Shown: positions 37,252 through 48,334 of the stretch, piece after piece | Layout of the letters: each line of letters begins with the position of its first letter | Position numbering within the stretch: position 1 is the first letter of the stretch | Assembly: GCA_963798085.1 (NCBI GenBank) | Contig: CAWCRS010000005.1 | Span: 320,001 to 384,000 of the forward strand | Reading direction: 5' to 3' | Length of the DNA: 64,000 nt | DNA from: an uncultured Gemmatimonadales bacterium | GTDB taxonomy: Bacteria > Gemmatimonadota > Gemmatimonadetes > Longimicrobiales > RSA9 | Program-made: the position numbers and the translations under genes | Notes under the pieces: generated by a model | The model's input: only the letters and a program-made list of their open reading frames with translations | Databases searched by the model: none | What the model was told of the DNA's origin: nothing

Positions 37252-38254
37252 GCAGCACCTCGCGGCGCTCGTCTGCCGACCGGTAGGCCATGGCGATGAG
37301 TCGCATCAGCTCGACCTGCTCGCGCGGCGCGGGCGCTCGCTCCTCGCCCCGGACGGCGCGAACGAAATGCGCCAGCTGCTGCCGGTACGAGGCCGTGTAC
37401 AGGTTCTCGCGGCCCATCGTGATGGTGGGCGTCACGTCAATCAGCCCGGTTTCCATCTCCTTGAAAACGGCGAGCGGCTGAATGGCGGCAGAGCCGCGTG
37501 TCCCCAGAACGCGCATGTAGTGCCGGTCGCGCTCCGCCACCAGGCTCCAGCTCATGGTCAACGAGATGCAGGAGCTGTCGGCCATGCGCACCAGCAATGC
37601 CGCGGTGTCCTCCACTTCCATGCCCTCGCCCGGATGCGTGTGACAGCAGACGCTGTAGGCGGGAGGGAAGCCGAGCATCCAGAGGCAGAGGTCGAGCAGC
37701 TGCACGCCCAGGTCCATCACGACGCCGCCCCCGGCCGTCGCGCGCCGGTGCCGCCAGGTCGGGCGGATCAGCCGCATCTTGCGGTTGAGCCAGGCGCCGC
37801 GCGTGAGAAAGATGCGACCCAGCTCGCCGCCCTCGGCAAACGGCTTCAGCGCCGCCGTGTCCGGGCGATAGCGGTGATTCATGGCCACGAACAGCACGCG
37901 ACCGGATGCGTCCGCCACCTGCAGCACGCGCTCCGCGTCGTCCGCCGACAGACCCAGGGGCTTCTCCACGAGCACGTGCTTGTTCTCGCTCAGCGCAGCG
38001 ATCGCCTGTTCGGCGTGCAGGTGGCTGGGCGTACAGATCACGAGCGCATCGAGATCATCCGCGCGGAACGCTTCGATGTCGCGCGAGTGCACGCGCGGAA
38101 TGCGGAAGCGCGCCGCGATCGCTCTGGCTTTGGCCGTGTCCACATCGCACACCGCTACCAGCTTCACGCCCGGCATCTGTGTCAGAATCGGCAGGTGCAC
38201 CACCTGTGCGATCGAGCCCAGGCCCAGGAGTCCCACGCGGATGTCGTCACTCAT
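37226..38254 (-). CDS. Gfo/Idh/MocA family oxidoreductase
   Basis: GLGSIA, CTPSHLH, HVLVEKP, GGGVVMDLG. Confidence 0.92.
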   Translation of the reverse strand: MSDDIRVGLLGLGSIAQVVHLPILTQMPGVKLVAVCDVDTAKARAIAARFRIPRVHSRDIEAFRADDLDALVICTPSHLHAEQAIAALSENKHVLVEKPLGLSADDAERVLQVADASGRVLFVAMNHRYRPDTAALKPFAEGGELGRIFLTRGAWLNRKMRLIRPTWRHRRATAGGGVVMDLGVQLLDLCLWMLGFPPAYSVCCHTHPGEGMEVEDTAALLVRMADSSCISLTMSWSLVAERDRHYMRVLGTRGSAAIQPLAVFKEMETGLIDVTPTITMGRENLYTASYRQQLAHFVRAVRGEERAPAPREQVELMRLIAMAYRSADERREVLLEEGVPAR

Positions 38255-38916
38255 GGCGATGTCCTCGTGCGCGAAGGAACCATCAGTGCAGCGCCCAGGC
38301 GCAGACCCGGATAGCGGATCTCGCTCTGCAGCGTATAGCGGCCCTCCGCATAGAGACGCAGTATCGGCCGCGGCTCGTACTCCAGCCCGGCCATGAACGC
38401 GGTGCCCGCGGTGATCGTGTCCAGCAGATCTTCGATGAAGGTGCCGTCGATGCTCGCGCCGCTGCCGTTCATGGCGTGCAGCCCGAGGCCCAGGCCCACA
38501 TAGGTAAAGATGTGGAGCGGCGCGGTCCAGACCAGTTGCCCGTCGACGGCCAGGGACAGGTTGCTCCACTCCACCTTGCCCAGGTCGGCGGCCGAAATGG
38601 TAACACCGCGTTGTGTCAGCGAGGGCAGATCGCTCAACCGGCTGGCGAGGTGGTCCAGCTCCGACTGCTTGAGCTGCGAACGCCACCAGGACACGCTGGG
38701 GATGATGCGCACGCCCGGTCCCAGAAACCCCAGGTCCAGGCGCATCGCATACTGGGTGGTCGCATCCACCTTGTTGGGCCAGATACGTCCGACATCCACA
38801 CCCAGGCCGCGAAATCGCAAGTTATCATAATCGTAGTTCGCGAGCATCTGGGCGCTCGCCGCGGCAGGCGAGACCAGCAGAACCAGCAGCATGACCGTGT
38901 TGCGCAGCGCATTCAT
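38251..38916 (-). CDS. secreted protein, probable small outer-membrane beta-barrel
   Basis: Signal peptide (AAASA-Q); alternating aromatic/Gly strands (YVGLGLG, AGLEYE, YAEGRY). Confidence 0.65.
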   Translation of the reverse strand: MNALRNTVMLLVLLVSPAAASAQMLANYDYDNLRFRGLGVDVGRIWPNKVDATTQYAMRLDLGFLGPGVRIIPSVSWWRSQLKQSELDHLASRLSDLPSLTQRGVTISAADLGKVEWSNLSLAVDGQLVWTAPLHIFTYVGLGLGLHAMNGSGASIDGTFIEDLLDTITAGTAFMAGLEYEPRPILRLYAEGRYTLQSEIRYPGLRLGAALMVPSRTRTSP

Positions 38917-38936
38917 TGCTTTCCTTCTCTCCCTGT

Positions 38937-40236
38937 TCAGTAGATGCGCTTCAGTTCGGTGCCGCTGTAATAGGCACGCAGAATCTGGTCGTAGCGCTGG
39001 CCGCCGCGCGCGCGACCCAGTGCGCCCATCTGGCACATGCCTACGCCGTGCCCCCAGCCGCCGCCTTCCACCGACAGGGCCGTCACGGCGCCGTCCTCGC
39101 CTTTCTCGACATCGAGCTTCGCGAGTCGCGCGCTGTTGAGTCCCGCGCCGCCGGGCAGGCGCAGCACCCAGCGCACAGAATCGGCGCGCATGGTCCAGCT
39201 CCTGCCATCCGCCTGCAGCCGCACGCTGACCCGTCCGGACGCGTTGGTATCGGTGATGTCAATGGCATCCACGCGGCGCAGCGCAACCGCGGCGTGCGTG
39301 TAGGCGCGCAGGCTCGCACCCAGCGCTGACAGCAGCTGCGCCCGCGTCCAGTGCGCCGTCCAGTGGAAGCGATTGGAGCTGGCGCACCAGGCGCTGTCAG
39401 TGCCTGGCACCAGGTCGGACACGGACTTGAGGTATGGCACCGGCGTACGCCACGGCCAGGCATCCTCGACCGCGGACGTCCGGCCACCACATGTCGAACT
39501 GTAGTAGGCGATGATGGGAACGCCATCGTACGTGATGATCTCGCCGCGCGTCTCCAGCACGGCACGACCCGCGACCGTGTCTTCGTCCGCGATGCCGCCG
39601 TACACCTGGTCCTGCACGCCTGAAAACACGTCGAAACCGAGTGCTGCCTGTCCGCCCATGTGTGTGATCGCGTAGGTGCGCGCAGCCACGGCCTGTGCCT
39701 TCACGGCTTCCACTTCTGCGGTTGTCCGCCTGCCGATCTCGCGCGGCACTACACCCAGCAGATAATCCTCGAGGTCGAGCACGTTGATGGCAGTCAGTCC
39801 ATCGCCGCCGTTGCGCACCAGTGCTTCGCCCCGATAGGCGTTGCCCCCGATCTCGACCCGACCGGCCGCGCGCACCAGCAGCGGGCCGCGACTGTGCACG
39901 GTGCGCTCGCCCGAGCGCGCCGCCAGCGAGCCATCCCGCTCCAGCGACACGGTCCAGCGCTCACCGGCGGCCGCCGGAACGGGTGCATCGTCCTGCTGGC
40001 TCGAGGGAGAACGCAGCGGGTGCGCTCACGGTCACGCTCGACGTGTCCACCATGATACCCACGCGCAGCGCGGGCTCCCTGCCTGCAGCGGCCGGTGGCG
40101 CGCCCGGCTGCGTGCGCGGCACCTCGCCCCGCCGGCAGCCGTCACCCGCGCCGGCGAGCAGCAGCACCGCCAGCACCCCGCGGCCGGGGCTTCCAAAACG
40201 CCCTGTTAGAGTCCGGCGCGGGCGCTCAGGATGCAC
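38937..40236 (-). CDS. SpoIID/LytB domain lytic transglycosylase (frameshift near 39960-40010)
   Basis: LEDYLLGVVPREI, KAQAVAARTYA, DQVYGG, YSSTCGG, GWGHGVGMCQMGA. Confidence 0.9.
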
Positions 40237-41783
40237 GACCCACCATTGCGCCGGTAAGGTCATCCTCCGCCGCGTCCGTGATGCGGGCGCGTACGAATTC
40301 GCCTGCATGTACACCGGTCAATCCCGGCAGCTGCACCGCCCCATCGATTTCCAGTGCCTGCCTGGCAGTGCGCCCGGCCGCGCCGTCCGGTCCTTCACCC
40401 TCGATCCCCGCGCGCACGCGATCGACCAGCACGGTCATCTCCCGGCCGATCGAGCGATTCGTTGTGCTCGAGCGAGATTGTGCGCTGCAGGTCGAGCACG
40501 CGTTCGAGCCGCTCGCGTTTCGCGGACTGCGGCACCTCGTCCGCCATGGTCGCGGCGGGTGTGCCTTCCTCCACCGAGTACGGGAACGCGCCGACATGGT
40601 CGAAGCGCAGCTCCTCGAGCAGCTCGAGCATGGCGTCGAAATCGTCTTCCGTCTCGCCCGGGAAACCGACAATGACGGTGGTGCGCAGCGCGATGTCGGG
40701 AATCGCGTCGCGCAGCCAGCGCACGCGCTCGCGGATCGTCGCCTGTCGTTCCGGCCGCTGCATGCGCTGCAGCACCGCATCGGCGCCGTGCTGGATCGGC
40801 ATGTCGAGATATTTCACGATGCGTGGCTCAGCGCGCCATGCGCGCGACCAGTTCCGGCCGGATGCCGGACGGATACATGTAGAACAGCCGCAGCCACGGA
40901 ATGCCCGTTTCCTCGAGCAGCGCATGCAGCAGGTTCGCGGAGCAGGCCGCCGCCGGCTTGGTGCGACCGCAGCGGCGCGTCCTTGCGCGCGCGTATCATC
41001 GAGTACCGACGTCGTCGCCTCGATCGACGCCGGCCATACCCGCGAACGGGCGGCCGACGAAACGCCCCGTCCGCCGCCGCCTCGCCGCCTCGCTCCAGGT
41101 CGCGGCCGTACCAGGTCGTGTCCTGGCTGACCAGACTCAGCTCGACCATGCCGGCCGCCTCCAGCTGCTGCGCTTCCCTGCACAAGCAGTTCGATGGGCG
41201 TCGAGCGGTGCTTCCCACGCATGCAGCGGAATGGCGCAGAACGCGCAGCCGTGGTCGCAGCCTTCGCTCACCTTCAGAAACGACGTGTGACGGGTCGCGG
41301 TGAGCATGCGGAGCGGCCGTTCCATGTTGGCCGCGTCGGCCGCGCCTTCTGCAGCAGACCCCGCCGCGAAAGCTCGGGCACCAGCCGCTCGATCTCCGTC
41401 AGCCCCAGGAACAGATCGACTTCCGGCAGTTCGCGCAGCAGCTCCGCCTTGTGGCGCTGCACCAGGCAGCCCATCGCCACGACCGCGCGTGCCCTGCCCT
41501 CTTCCTTGAGACGCACGGCTTCGAGGATCGTATCGATCGATTCTTCCCTCGCCGCCTCGATGAAGCCGCACGTGTTGATCACGATGATGTCGGCATCGCC
41601 CGTGCTCGCGCGCGCCCCGGCGGCTGACAGCCGCGCCAGCAGCCGCTCGCTGTCGACCGTGTTCTTGTCACAGCCGAGTGTGACCAGACGGATGCTGGCA
41701 CGTTGATCGCCGGGGGACACGCGGGCGGCGGGACCCGCGCCGGACATGACGGGCAGCGGGCGGCGCGTGCCGGAGCCGCTCAT
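40226..41783 (-). CDS. rimO: ribosomal protein S12 methylthiotransferase RimO (multiple frameshifts)
   Basis: LGCDKNTVDSE, NTCGFIEAA, KVSEGCDHGCAFCAIP, YLDMPIQH, IVGFPGETE, TRAM domain. Confidence 0.92.
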
Positions 41784-41867
41784 GCGCCCGCCTTCGTGCT
41801 TCCATGCATCATCGGGAAGCCACGCCGCGCCGGGCGCGCAGCCCGCGTCTAACGCGCTGTTGCGTGA

Positions 41868-42753
41868 TCACCCGCCCCGGTCCACGATGCGTGCGCCCTC
41901 GGGCGGCGTGAAACGGAACAGGTCATCGCTCAGTGCCGGGTCGAGCGCCAGGTCCGTCAGATCGAACCGGCGCGTAACGCCGCTGCCATCCACGAACTCG
42001 AAGCGGCGTACCCACGCGTCGTCGGTGTCGATCCACACCTTGAGTCGGACATAGCCGGCACTCTCGTGCGGATCCAGTGTGACCACGAGCGCATCGTGGC
42101 CATCGACGGTCTCGTGACCGTTGAGCGTGTGCTCGAAGCGGGTCAGCGGATCACCCACGAACTGCGCCTGCAGGTCGACCACACCCGCGGCGCCGGCCGC
42201 CGGCGTGCGCGATCACCTGCCGCGCATCCACGCTGGGATAGTACACCCAGAAAAACGGCCATCGCCCAGCACCACATCGCCCTTCGGATCGTCGAAACGC
42301 AGCAGGATCCGGTCGGGCCGCCGCTGGAACAGCGTGCCGCGACTGCTGACCGTCGTGTGCAGAAGCGAGTTGGTCGTGACCAGCCCGAACGTGGCGCGCA
42401 TCGTCTTCATGCCCGAATAGAGCGCGGCCGTCCGCCGCAGCAGTTGCGCCAGCATCCTGCGTCGGTGCGGTCCGGGCAGCCGGCTGCGCCGCGCTGTCGG
42501 CCGGTGCGGTGACGGCAGTATGCGACGCCGTGTCTCGACCGGCCGGCGCTGCGCTGCGCGCCGTCTTCGCAGTGCCACTGTCCGTGGCTGGTGGCGTGGC
42601 GTGTGCCGTCCGTGTGTCGGGCGCAGGCGAAGCCGTGGGTGCTGCAGCGGCGGCGGACGTGCTCGAACCGGCCTGCGGTTGCGCATCGCTGGAACCGCAT
42701 CCGGCGAGAAAGGCGCACAGCAGTGCGGCCCCGGAGAACACTGCTGATAGCAT
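41868..42753 (-). CDS. lolA: LolA-family lipoprotein carrier with N-terminal lipobox and low-complexity linker (frameshifted)
   Basis: RGTLFQRRPDRILLRF..GDG..WVYYP and FRFTPPEGARIVD; directly downstream of ftsK. Confidence 0.82.
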
Positions 42754-42819
42754 GGGCGAGGGTACACGGATGCCGGGCCCTTCGTTCCTCGCCCTCGCCA
42801 CCCTGCAATCCCCGCAGCA

Positions 42820-45087
42820 TCACATGTCCTCGCCGCACACGTGATCCAGCGACTCCAGGCCCAGCAGCACTTCGCGCGGCTTCGAGCCATCCGGCGGACC
42901 GAGCACGCCCGCCGTGTGCAGCTGATCGATGATGCGTGCTGCACGGCCGTAGCCGATGCGCAGGCGCCGCTGCAGCAGCGACGTCGAACCCTGCTGATGC
43001 TGAATGCAGACCTCTGCCGCCTGGCGGAACAGCGTGTCGCGTTCTTCGGGAAGTTCGAGTCCGGAATCGTCGCTGCCCGTGGCTTCGCGCGAGCGCACGA
43101 TACTCGAGGATGTCGTCTTCCGGACCCGGCTTCGTTCCGCCGGCCTGCGGTACCACGTCATGAGACGGTCGGTGTCCTCCGTCGACAGGAAGGCGCCCTG
43201 GATGCGCACCGGATCGGACGTGCCGGGCGGCAGGAACAGCATGTCGCCGTTGCCCAGCAGCGCATCGGCACCGTTCTGGTCGAGGATGGTGCGCGAATCG
43301 ACTTTGCTGGCCACGCGGAACGCGACGCGGCAGGGAAAGTTCGCCTTGATCAGTCCGGTGATCACATTCACGCTGGGTCGCTGCGTGGCCACGATCAGGT
43401 GGATGCCGATGGCGCGCGCCTTCTGCGCCAGCTGAGTGAGCGGACGCTCGACTTCCGCCTGCACCTGCACCATCAGGTCCGCCAGTTCATCCACTACGAC
43501 GACGACGTAGGGCAGCGGACCATCGTCGTAGCGCCACTGCTCCTCCTCCGCGTCGGCGGGGGCGCCCAGTCGCCGCAGCTTGTGGCCTTCCTCCAGCCGC
43601 CGGTTGAATTCCGTCATCGAGCGCGCACCATTCTCGGAGAGCAGTGCGTAGCGCCGCTCCATCTCGAACACGGCCCACTTCAGCACCGTGGCCGCATCGT
43701 GGGGATCCGTGACCACGGGATGGCGCAGATGCGGCAGGTCGCCGTACATACTCAGCTCGACCATTTTGGGATCGACCATGAGCAGTCGCAGCGTCTGCGG
43801 CGTGTGGCGGAACACAAGGCTGGTTATCAGCGTGTTAATGCACACCGACTTGCCGGAACCGGTCGCGCCCGCAATCAGCAGGTGCGGCATGCGCGCCAGG
43901 TCCGCAACGTACGGGCGCCCTGTCAGGTCCTTGCCCAGCGCCAGTGGCAGCTGTCCGCGCGAGCGCTGGAAGACGCCGTCTCGAGGATGCGCCGCAGGTA
44001 GACGACTTCCGCTTCCGGATTCGGCACTTCGACGCCCACGGCGCCCTTGCCCGGAATCGGCGCCACAATGCGGATGCTGGGCGCGCGCAGCGCCAGCGCG
44101 AGATCGGCATCGAGCGCGGCAATGCGATTGACCTTGACGCCCGGGGCTGGCACTACCTCGAACTGCGTGACCACGGGCCCGGTCGTCCGGCCTGCGATCT
44201 CGCCTTCTACCTTGAACGTGCGCAGTGTGCGAATCAGCACTTCACCCAGGCGGTCCAGCTCGCCTTCGCTGAGATTGTCCGCGCGATCGGGTGGCTCGCT
44301 CAGCAGCGTGAGTGGCGGCAGTCCGGTCGCCGTGGGGTCGCCGGTGTCGGGCAGTGTGGCTGCGGCCGTCTTCGCGTCGGTCCGCTGCGTCTTCGTGCGG
44401 CGACCGCCGTTCGCTAACACGCGATTCAGAACGCCGCCGCGGCCGCCACCGGTTTCCGCGGCAGGCTCTCCGGTTTCTTCCGCTTCGCCTTCGCCGGCAG
44501 CAGGCGATGCCGCACCACTCGCCAATGCGGCGTCGTCGCCTGCATCCTGCTTCCCCGGCCAGACCCGCCGTTTCACCACCCTCGCCATGCTGCCCAGCGG
44601 ATTCCAGCCAATGGTGGCCACACACAGTGCGACAAACAGCGCGGCAAGGATGCAGGAACGCGCCCAGCTTGTCGAGCAGTGCCACCAGCGCGACACCCAG
44701 CGTACGGCCGAGCCAGCCGGCTGCGTGCTCGGGCAGCAGTGCCGTGGTCTCCACACCGGAGTTGGCGGCGAACAGGGATGCGAACGCGGGAACGAGCACG
44801 ATCAGGCCGGTGGCGAGTGCCATCCAGCGGATCGCGGTAGTGCCCTGCAGCCAGCCGAATGCAGCGGTCGCGGCGAGGCCCAGCAGAACAGGGAGCAGCA
44901 GGACGCCCACGCCCAGTGCGCTGGTTCCGGCGTGGAAGAAGAACGCGCCCAGCGCGCCCATCACGTTGCCCTGCGGGAACGCCGAGGGCGGTGGCGTGCC
45001 GAGCGGGAGCAGGCTCAGCGCGCTGAACACGGTCAGCGCAATGAGACCAATGCCAAGCAGTTGTCGACGCTGGTGCGTGGCTTCCAT
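42820..45087 (-). CDS. ftsK: DNA translocase FtsK (frameshifts near 44660, 43960, 43130)
   Basis: N-terminal TM helices, GPVVTQFE, PIPGK, GATGSGKS, DELADLM, ATQRPS, gamma domain LQRRLRIGYGRAAR. Confidence 0.95.
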
Positions 45088-45090
45088 TCC

Positions 45091-45801
45091 CTACAGCGTG
45101 ATGCGATGATCGCGCAGCTCCGGCACGCGTGCATAGCGATCCAGCGCCGCGCAGAATTCAATATCCTCCGCCAGATCGAGGGCGCTCAACTGCTGTCCCG
45201 CGCCCGTGCTGTGCAGCAGTGCGGCGGGCTTCTTGTCCAGCTGGCTCGCGAGAAACATTGCCGCGCGTGCGCTGTCAGTGGTCTGCAGCGTGGTGTTGTC
45301 GGAGAGGCGTCGTCCGATCAATCCCGCGCAGAAGGCGTCCTCCAGTGCAAAGCGACCTTCGCGGCCAGCGCACAGCAGCACCACGTCCTCATCCTCAGCC
45401 AGCGTGGCCGCCACCTCGCCCACATTCAACAGCGCACCGACCAGACAGCGCCTGCCCACGGAACCCGCCACGAGCGCGGGCGTTCCGTTCGTCGACGTCA
45501 TCACGAGTGTCTTGCCGGCCACGCGCTCCGCCGTGAACTCGCGGGGCGAATTTCCCAGCGGGAATCCTTCGATGGGCACGGATCCGCGCTCACCGCACAG
45601 CACGACTTCAGCCTTGCCGAGTTCGGCCGCCGTACGCACCGCGCGTTCCACCGTCTCGACGGGGATCACGGCGCGGGCGCCATTGATCAGCGCCTCCAGA
45701 ATCGTGCTGGACGCGCGCAGCACATCGATCACCACGACCGTCCGCTCCGCGAGTCGGGCCGTCTCGACCTCTGCCGGTGTGAAGACCACGTCGAGTTTCA
45801 C
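45091..45801 (-). CDS. comB: 2-phosphosulfolactate phosphatase family protein
   Basis: [33 protein letters not shown]. Confidence 0.9.
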   Translation of the reverse strand: MKLDVVFTPAEVETARLAERTVVVIDVLRASSTILEALINGARAVIPVETVERAVRTAAELGKAEVVLCGERGSVPIEGFPLGNSPREFTAERVAGKTLVMTSTNGTPALVAGSVGRRCLVGALLNVGEVAATLAEDEDVVLLCAGREGRFALEDAFCAGLIGRRLSDNTTLQTTDSARAAMFLASQLDKKPAALLHSTGAGQQLSALDLAEDIEFCAALDRYARVPELRDHRITL

Positions 45802-47174
45802 CGTTGCGCACCCTGTGCTTCCGCGCGCCGCTCTGCCATACGGCGTTCCACGAACTTGGTGTCGTAATCGCCCGCGACGTAGAGCGGATCGCTCATCAGT
45901 TCGAGCAGAAACGGAATCGTCGTATGGATACCCTCGATGATGAAGGACTCGAGGGCCAGCTTCATGCGCGCAATGGCTTCCGGTCGATCCGCGCCGTGTG
46001 TGATCAGCTTGGCCACCAGCGAATCGTAGTTCGGCGGCACCAGATATCCCGCGTACGCGTGCGTGTCAATGCGCACACCGGGGCCACCCGGCGGATGGAA
46101 GATCGTGATGGTGCCCGGGCTGGGCGCGAAGTTGCGCGCCGGATCCTCCGCGTTGACGCGGCACTCAATGGCGTGGCCGCGAAATTCGCGGAAATCGCGC
46201 GCCACCTGCGCCAGCGGCGCTCCCGCCGCCATGCGGATCTGCTCCTTTACAAGATCGATGCCGGTCACGAGTTCCGTGACCGGGTGCTCGACCTGGATGC
46301 GCGTGTTCATCTCCATGAAATAGAAGCTGCCGTCCTGGTCCAGCAGGAACTCGACCGTGCCGACGGAGCGGTAGCCGATGGACTGCGCACCCCGGCACGC
46401 GGCGTCACCCATGGCGGCGCGCAGTTCCGCTGTGACCGCCACGGAGGGCGCCTCCTCGATCAGCTTCTGGTGCCGCCGCTGGAGCGAACACTCGCGTTCA
46501 CCCAGGTGCACAATGTTGCCGTGGTCATCACCCAGCAGCTGGATTTCGACGTGACGGGGGCGCACCAGGTATTTCTCGAGGTAGACGGACGGATCGCCGA
46601 ATGCCGCCCTCGCCTCCGTCTGCGCCATCTGGAACTGCCCGGCGAAGGAGGCCTCGTCGCTGGCGACGCGCATGCCCTTCCCACCACCGCCCGCCGCCGC
46701 TTTGATAATGACGGGATAGCCGATCTCGCTCGCGGTGTGCACGCCTTCGTCAATGTCCTGCACGGCGCCTTCGCTGCCGGGCACGGTGGGCACATCCACC
46801 TGCGCCATGGTGCGCCGCGCAACCGCCTTGTCACCCATCACGCGGATCTGCTCCGCCGTGGGGCCGATGAAGCGGATGTCGGCGCGCTCGCAGATTTCGG
46901 CAAACTCGGCGTTTTCCGCCAGGAATCCGTAACCCGGATGGATGGCTTCCGCGCCCGTGACTTCCGCCGCGGCGAGGATGCGCGGGATGTTGAGATAGCT
47001 CTCGCGCGCCGACGGCGGGCCAATGCAGACATCCTCATCGGCAAAGCGCACATGCAGCGATTCGCGATCGGCCTCGCTGTACACGGCCACCGTGCGCACA
47101 CCCAGCTCACGGCACGCGCGAATCACGCGGAGTGCGATCTCGCCGCGATTGGCGATCAGTACTTTTCGGAACAT
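45798..47174 (-). CDS. accC: acetyl-CoA carboxylase biotin carboxylase subunit
   Basis: [35 protein letters not shown]. Confidence 0.97.
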   Translation of the reverse strand: MFRKVLIANRGEIALRVIRACRELGVRTVAVYSEADRESLHVRFADEDVCIGPPSARESYLNIPRILAAAEVTGAEAIHPGYGFLAENAEFAEICERADIRFIGPTAEQIRVMGDKAVARRTMAQVDVPTVPGSEGAVQDIDEGVHTASEIGYPVIIKAAAGGGGKGMRVASDEASFAGQFQMAQTEARAAFGDPSVYLEKYLVRPRHVEIQLLGDDHGNIVHLGERECSLQRRHQKLIEEAPSVAVTAELRAAMGDAACRGAQSIGYRSVGTVEFLLDQDGSFYFMEMNTRIQVEHPVTELVTGIDLVKEQIRMAAGAPLAQVARDFREFRGHAIECRVNAEDPARNFAPSPGTITIFHPPGGPGVRIDTHAYAGYLVPPNYDSLVAKLITHGADRPEAIARMKLALESFIIEGIHTTIPFLLELMSDPLYVAGDYDTKFVERRMAERRAEAQGAQR

Positions 47175-47264
47175 GGCGCGATGGTGGCGGTCAGGCGGGA
47201 ACCAGAGGGCATTGCGGTGCGTGCTGCAGGACCGTTTCGTTCCTGCGGGGCGGGGCGAGCCGGC

Positions 47265-47854
47265 TCACGTGTGCGAACCCGACGGCTCGATGCGGAACAG
47301 CACCTGGCCGTACTCCACCGGGTCTGCGTTCTCCGCCAGAATCTCCCGCACGACGCCGTCCACTTCCGATTCGAGTTCATTCATCAGCTTCATGGCCTCG
47401 AGGATGCAGAGCGTCTGTCCGCGCGAGACCGTGCTTCCGAGTTCGACGTAGGGCGGCGCTTCTGGCGCCGGTGCCCGGTAGAACGTCCCCACCATGGGCG
47501 ACGTCACATCAATGTGGTTGCTGGGCTCCGGCGGCGGCGCGGCATCCGTCATGGATGGTGGGGGTGACGCTGGCGTCGGCGGAGCAGCGGGCGACGCCGC
47601 ATGGGAAGTCACCAGTTGCGGCGCCGCGGGCGTTGGCGATTTCGAGAATGCGGATGCGCATACCGGCGCGCGAGATCTCGAGTGTGTCGAATGCTGCTCG
47701 CGTCTACTGCGTCGATGAGCTTCCTGATGACGTCCACATCAATGAGCGCGTGCCCGTTGCCGGGCGCCGCGCCGTTGCTGGCGGCGTGCTGGACTCCATT
47801 CACGACACCCGCCGCCGGCGCAGCCTCCGGTTGCTTCTTGCGCGCTGCCGCCAT
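47265..47854 (-). CDS. accB: biotin carboxyl carrier protein (frameshifted)
   Basis: [14 protein letters not shown]-domain; [16 protein letters not shown] biotinylation motif. Confidence 0.92.
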
Positions 47855-47857
47855 CGT

Positions 47858-48334
47858 CTATGCTCCTCGGCGCTCCGTACTGCCGGATCCCGCGGCGCCG
47901 CCGCCACGCAGAGACCCGACCAGTCCGCGGATGGCCAGTGAGTAGCTTTCCGCTCCGAACCCCATGATGACACCCCGCGCGCGCGGCGCCAGCAGAGACC
48001 GCCTGCGGAACGGCTCGCGTGCTGCGAGGTTGCTCAAATGTACTTCTACGTACGGCCTGTCCACCCCGACCAGAGCGTCCAGCAACGCCACGCTGCTGTG
48101 GGTGAAGCCGCCGGCGTTTACGATGAACCCATCCACGCGCGCTGCGGCTTCCTGCACGAAATCGATCAGTCCACCTTCGCTGTTCGACTGAAAGAACTCC
48201 ACCTCGACGCCCAGCGCGGCTGCCTCTTCCCGCAGTCGCCCATTCACCTGCTCCAGCGTCTCCCGTCCATAGAGGTGGGGCTCTCTCCGGCCCAGCAGAT
48301 TCAGATTCGGGCCGTGGACGACGGCGATTCTCAC
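47858..48334 (-). CDS. aroQ: type II 3-dehydroquinate dehydratase
   Basis: HGPNLNLLGRREP..YG, QSNSEG, EVHLSN..REPFR. Confidence 0.96.
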   Translation of the reverse strand: MRIAVVHGPNLNLLGRREPHLYGRETLEQVNGRLREEAAALGVEVEFFQSNSEGGLIDFVQEAAARVDGFIVNAGGFTHSSVALLDALVGVDRPYVEVHLSNLAAREPFRRRSLLAPRARGVIMGFGAESYSLAIRGLVGSLRGGGAAGSGSTERRGA

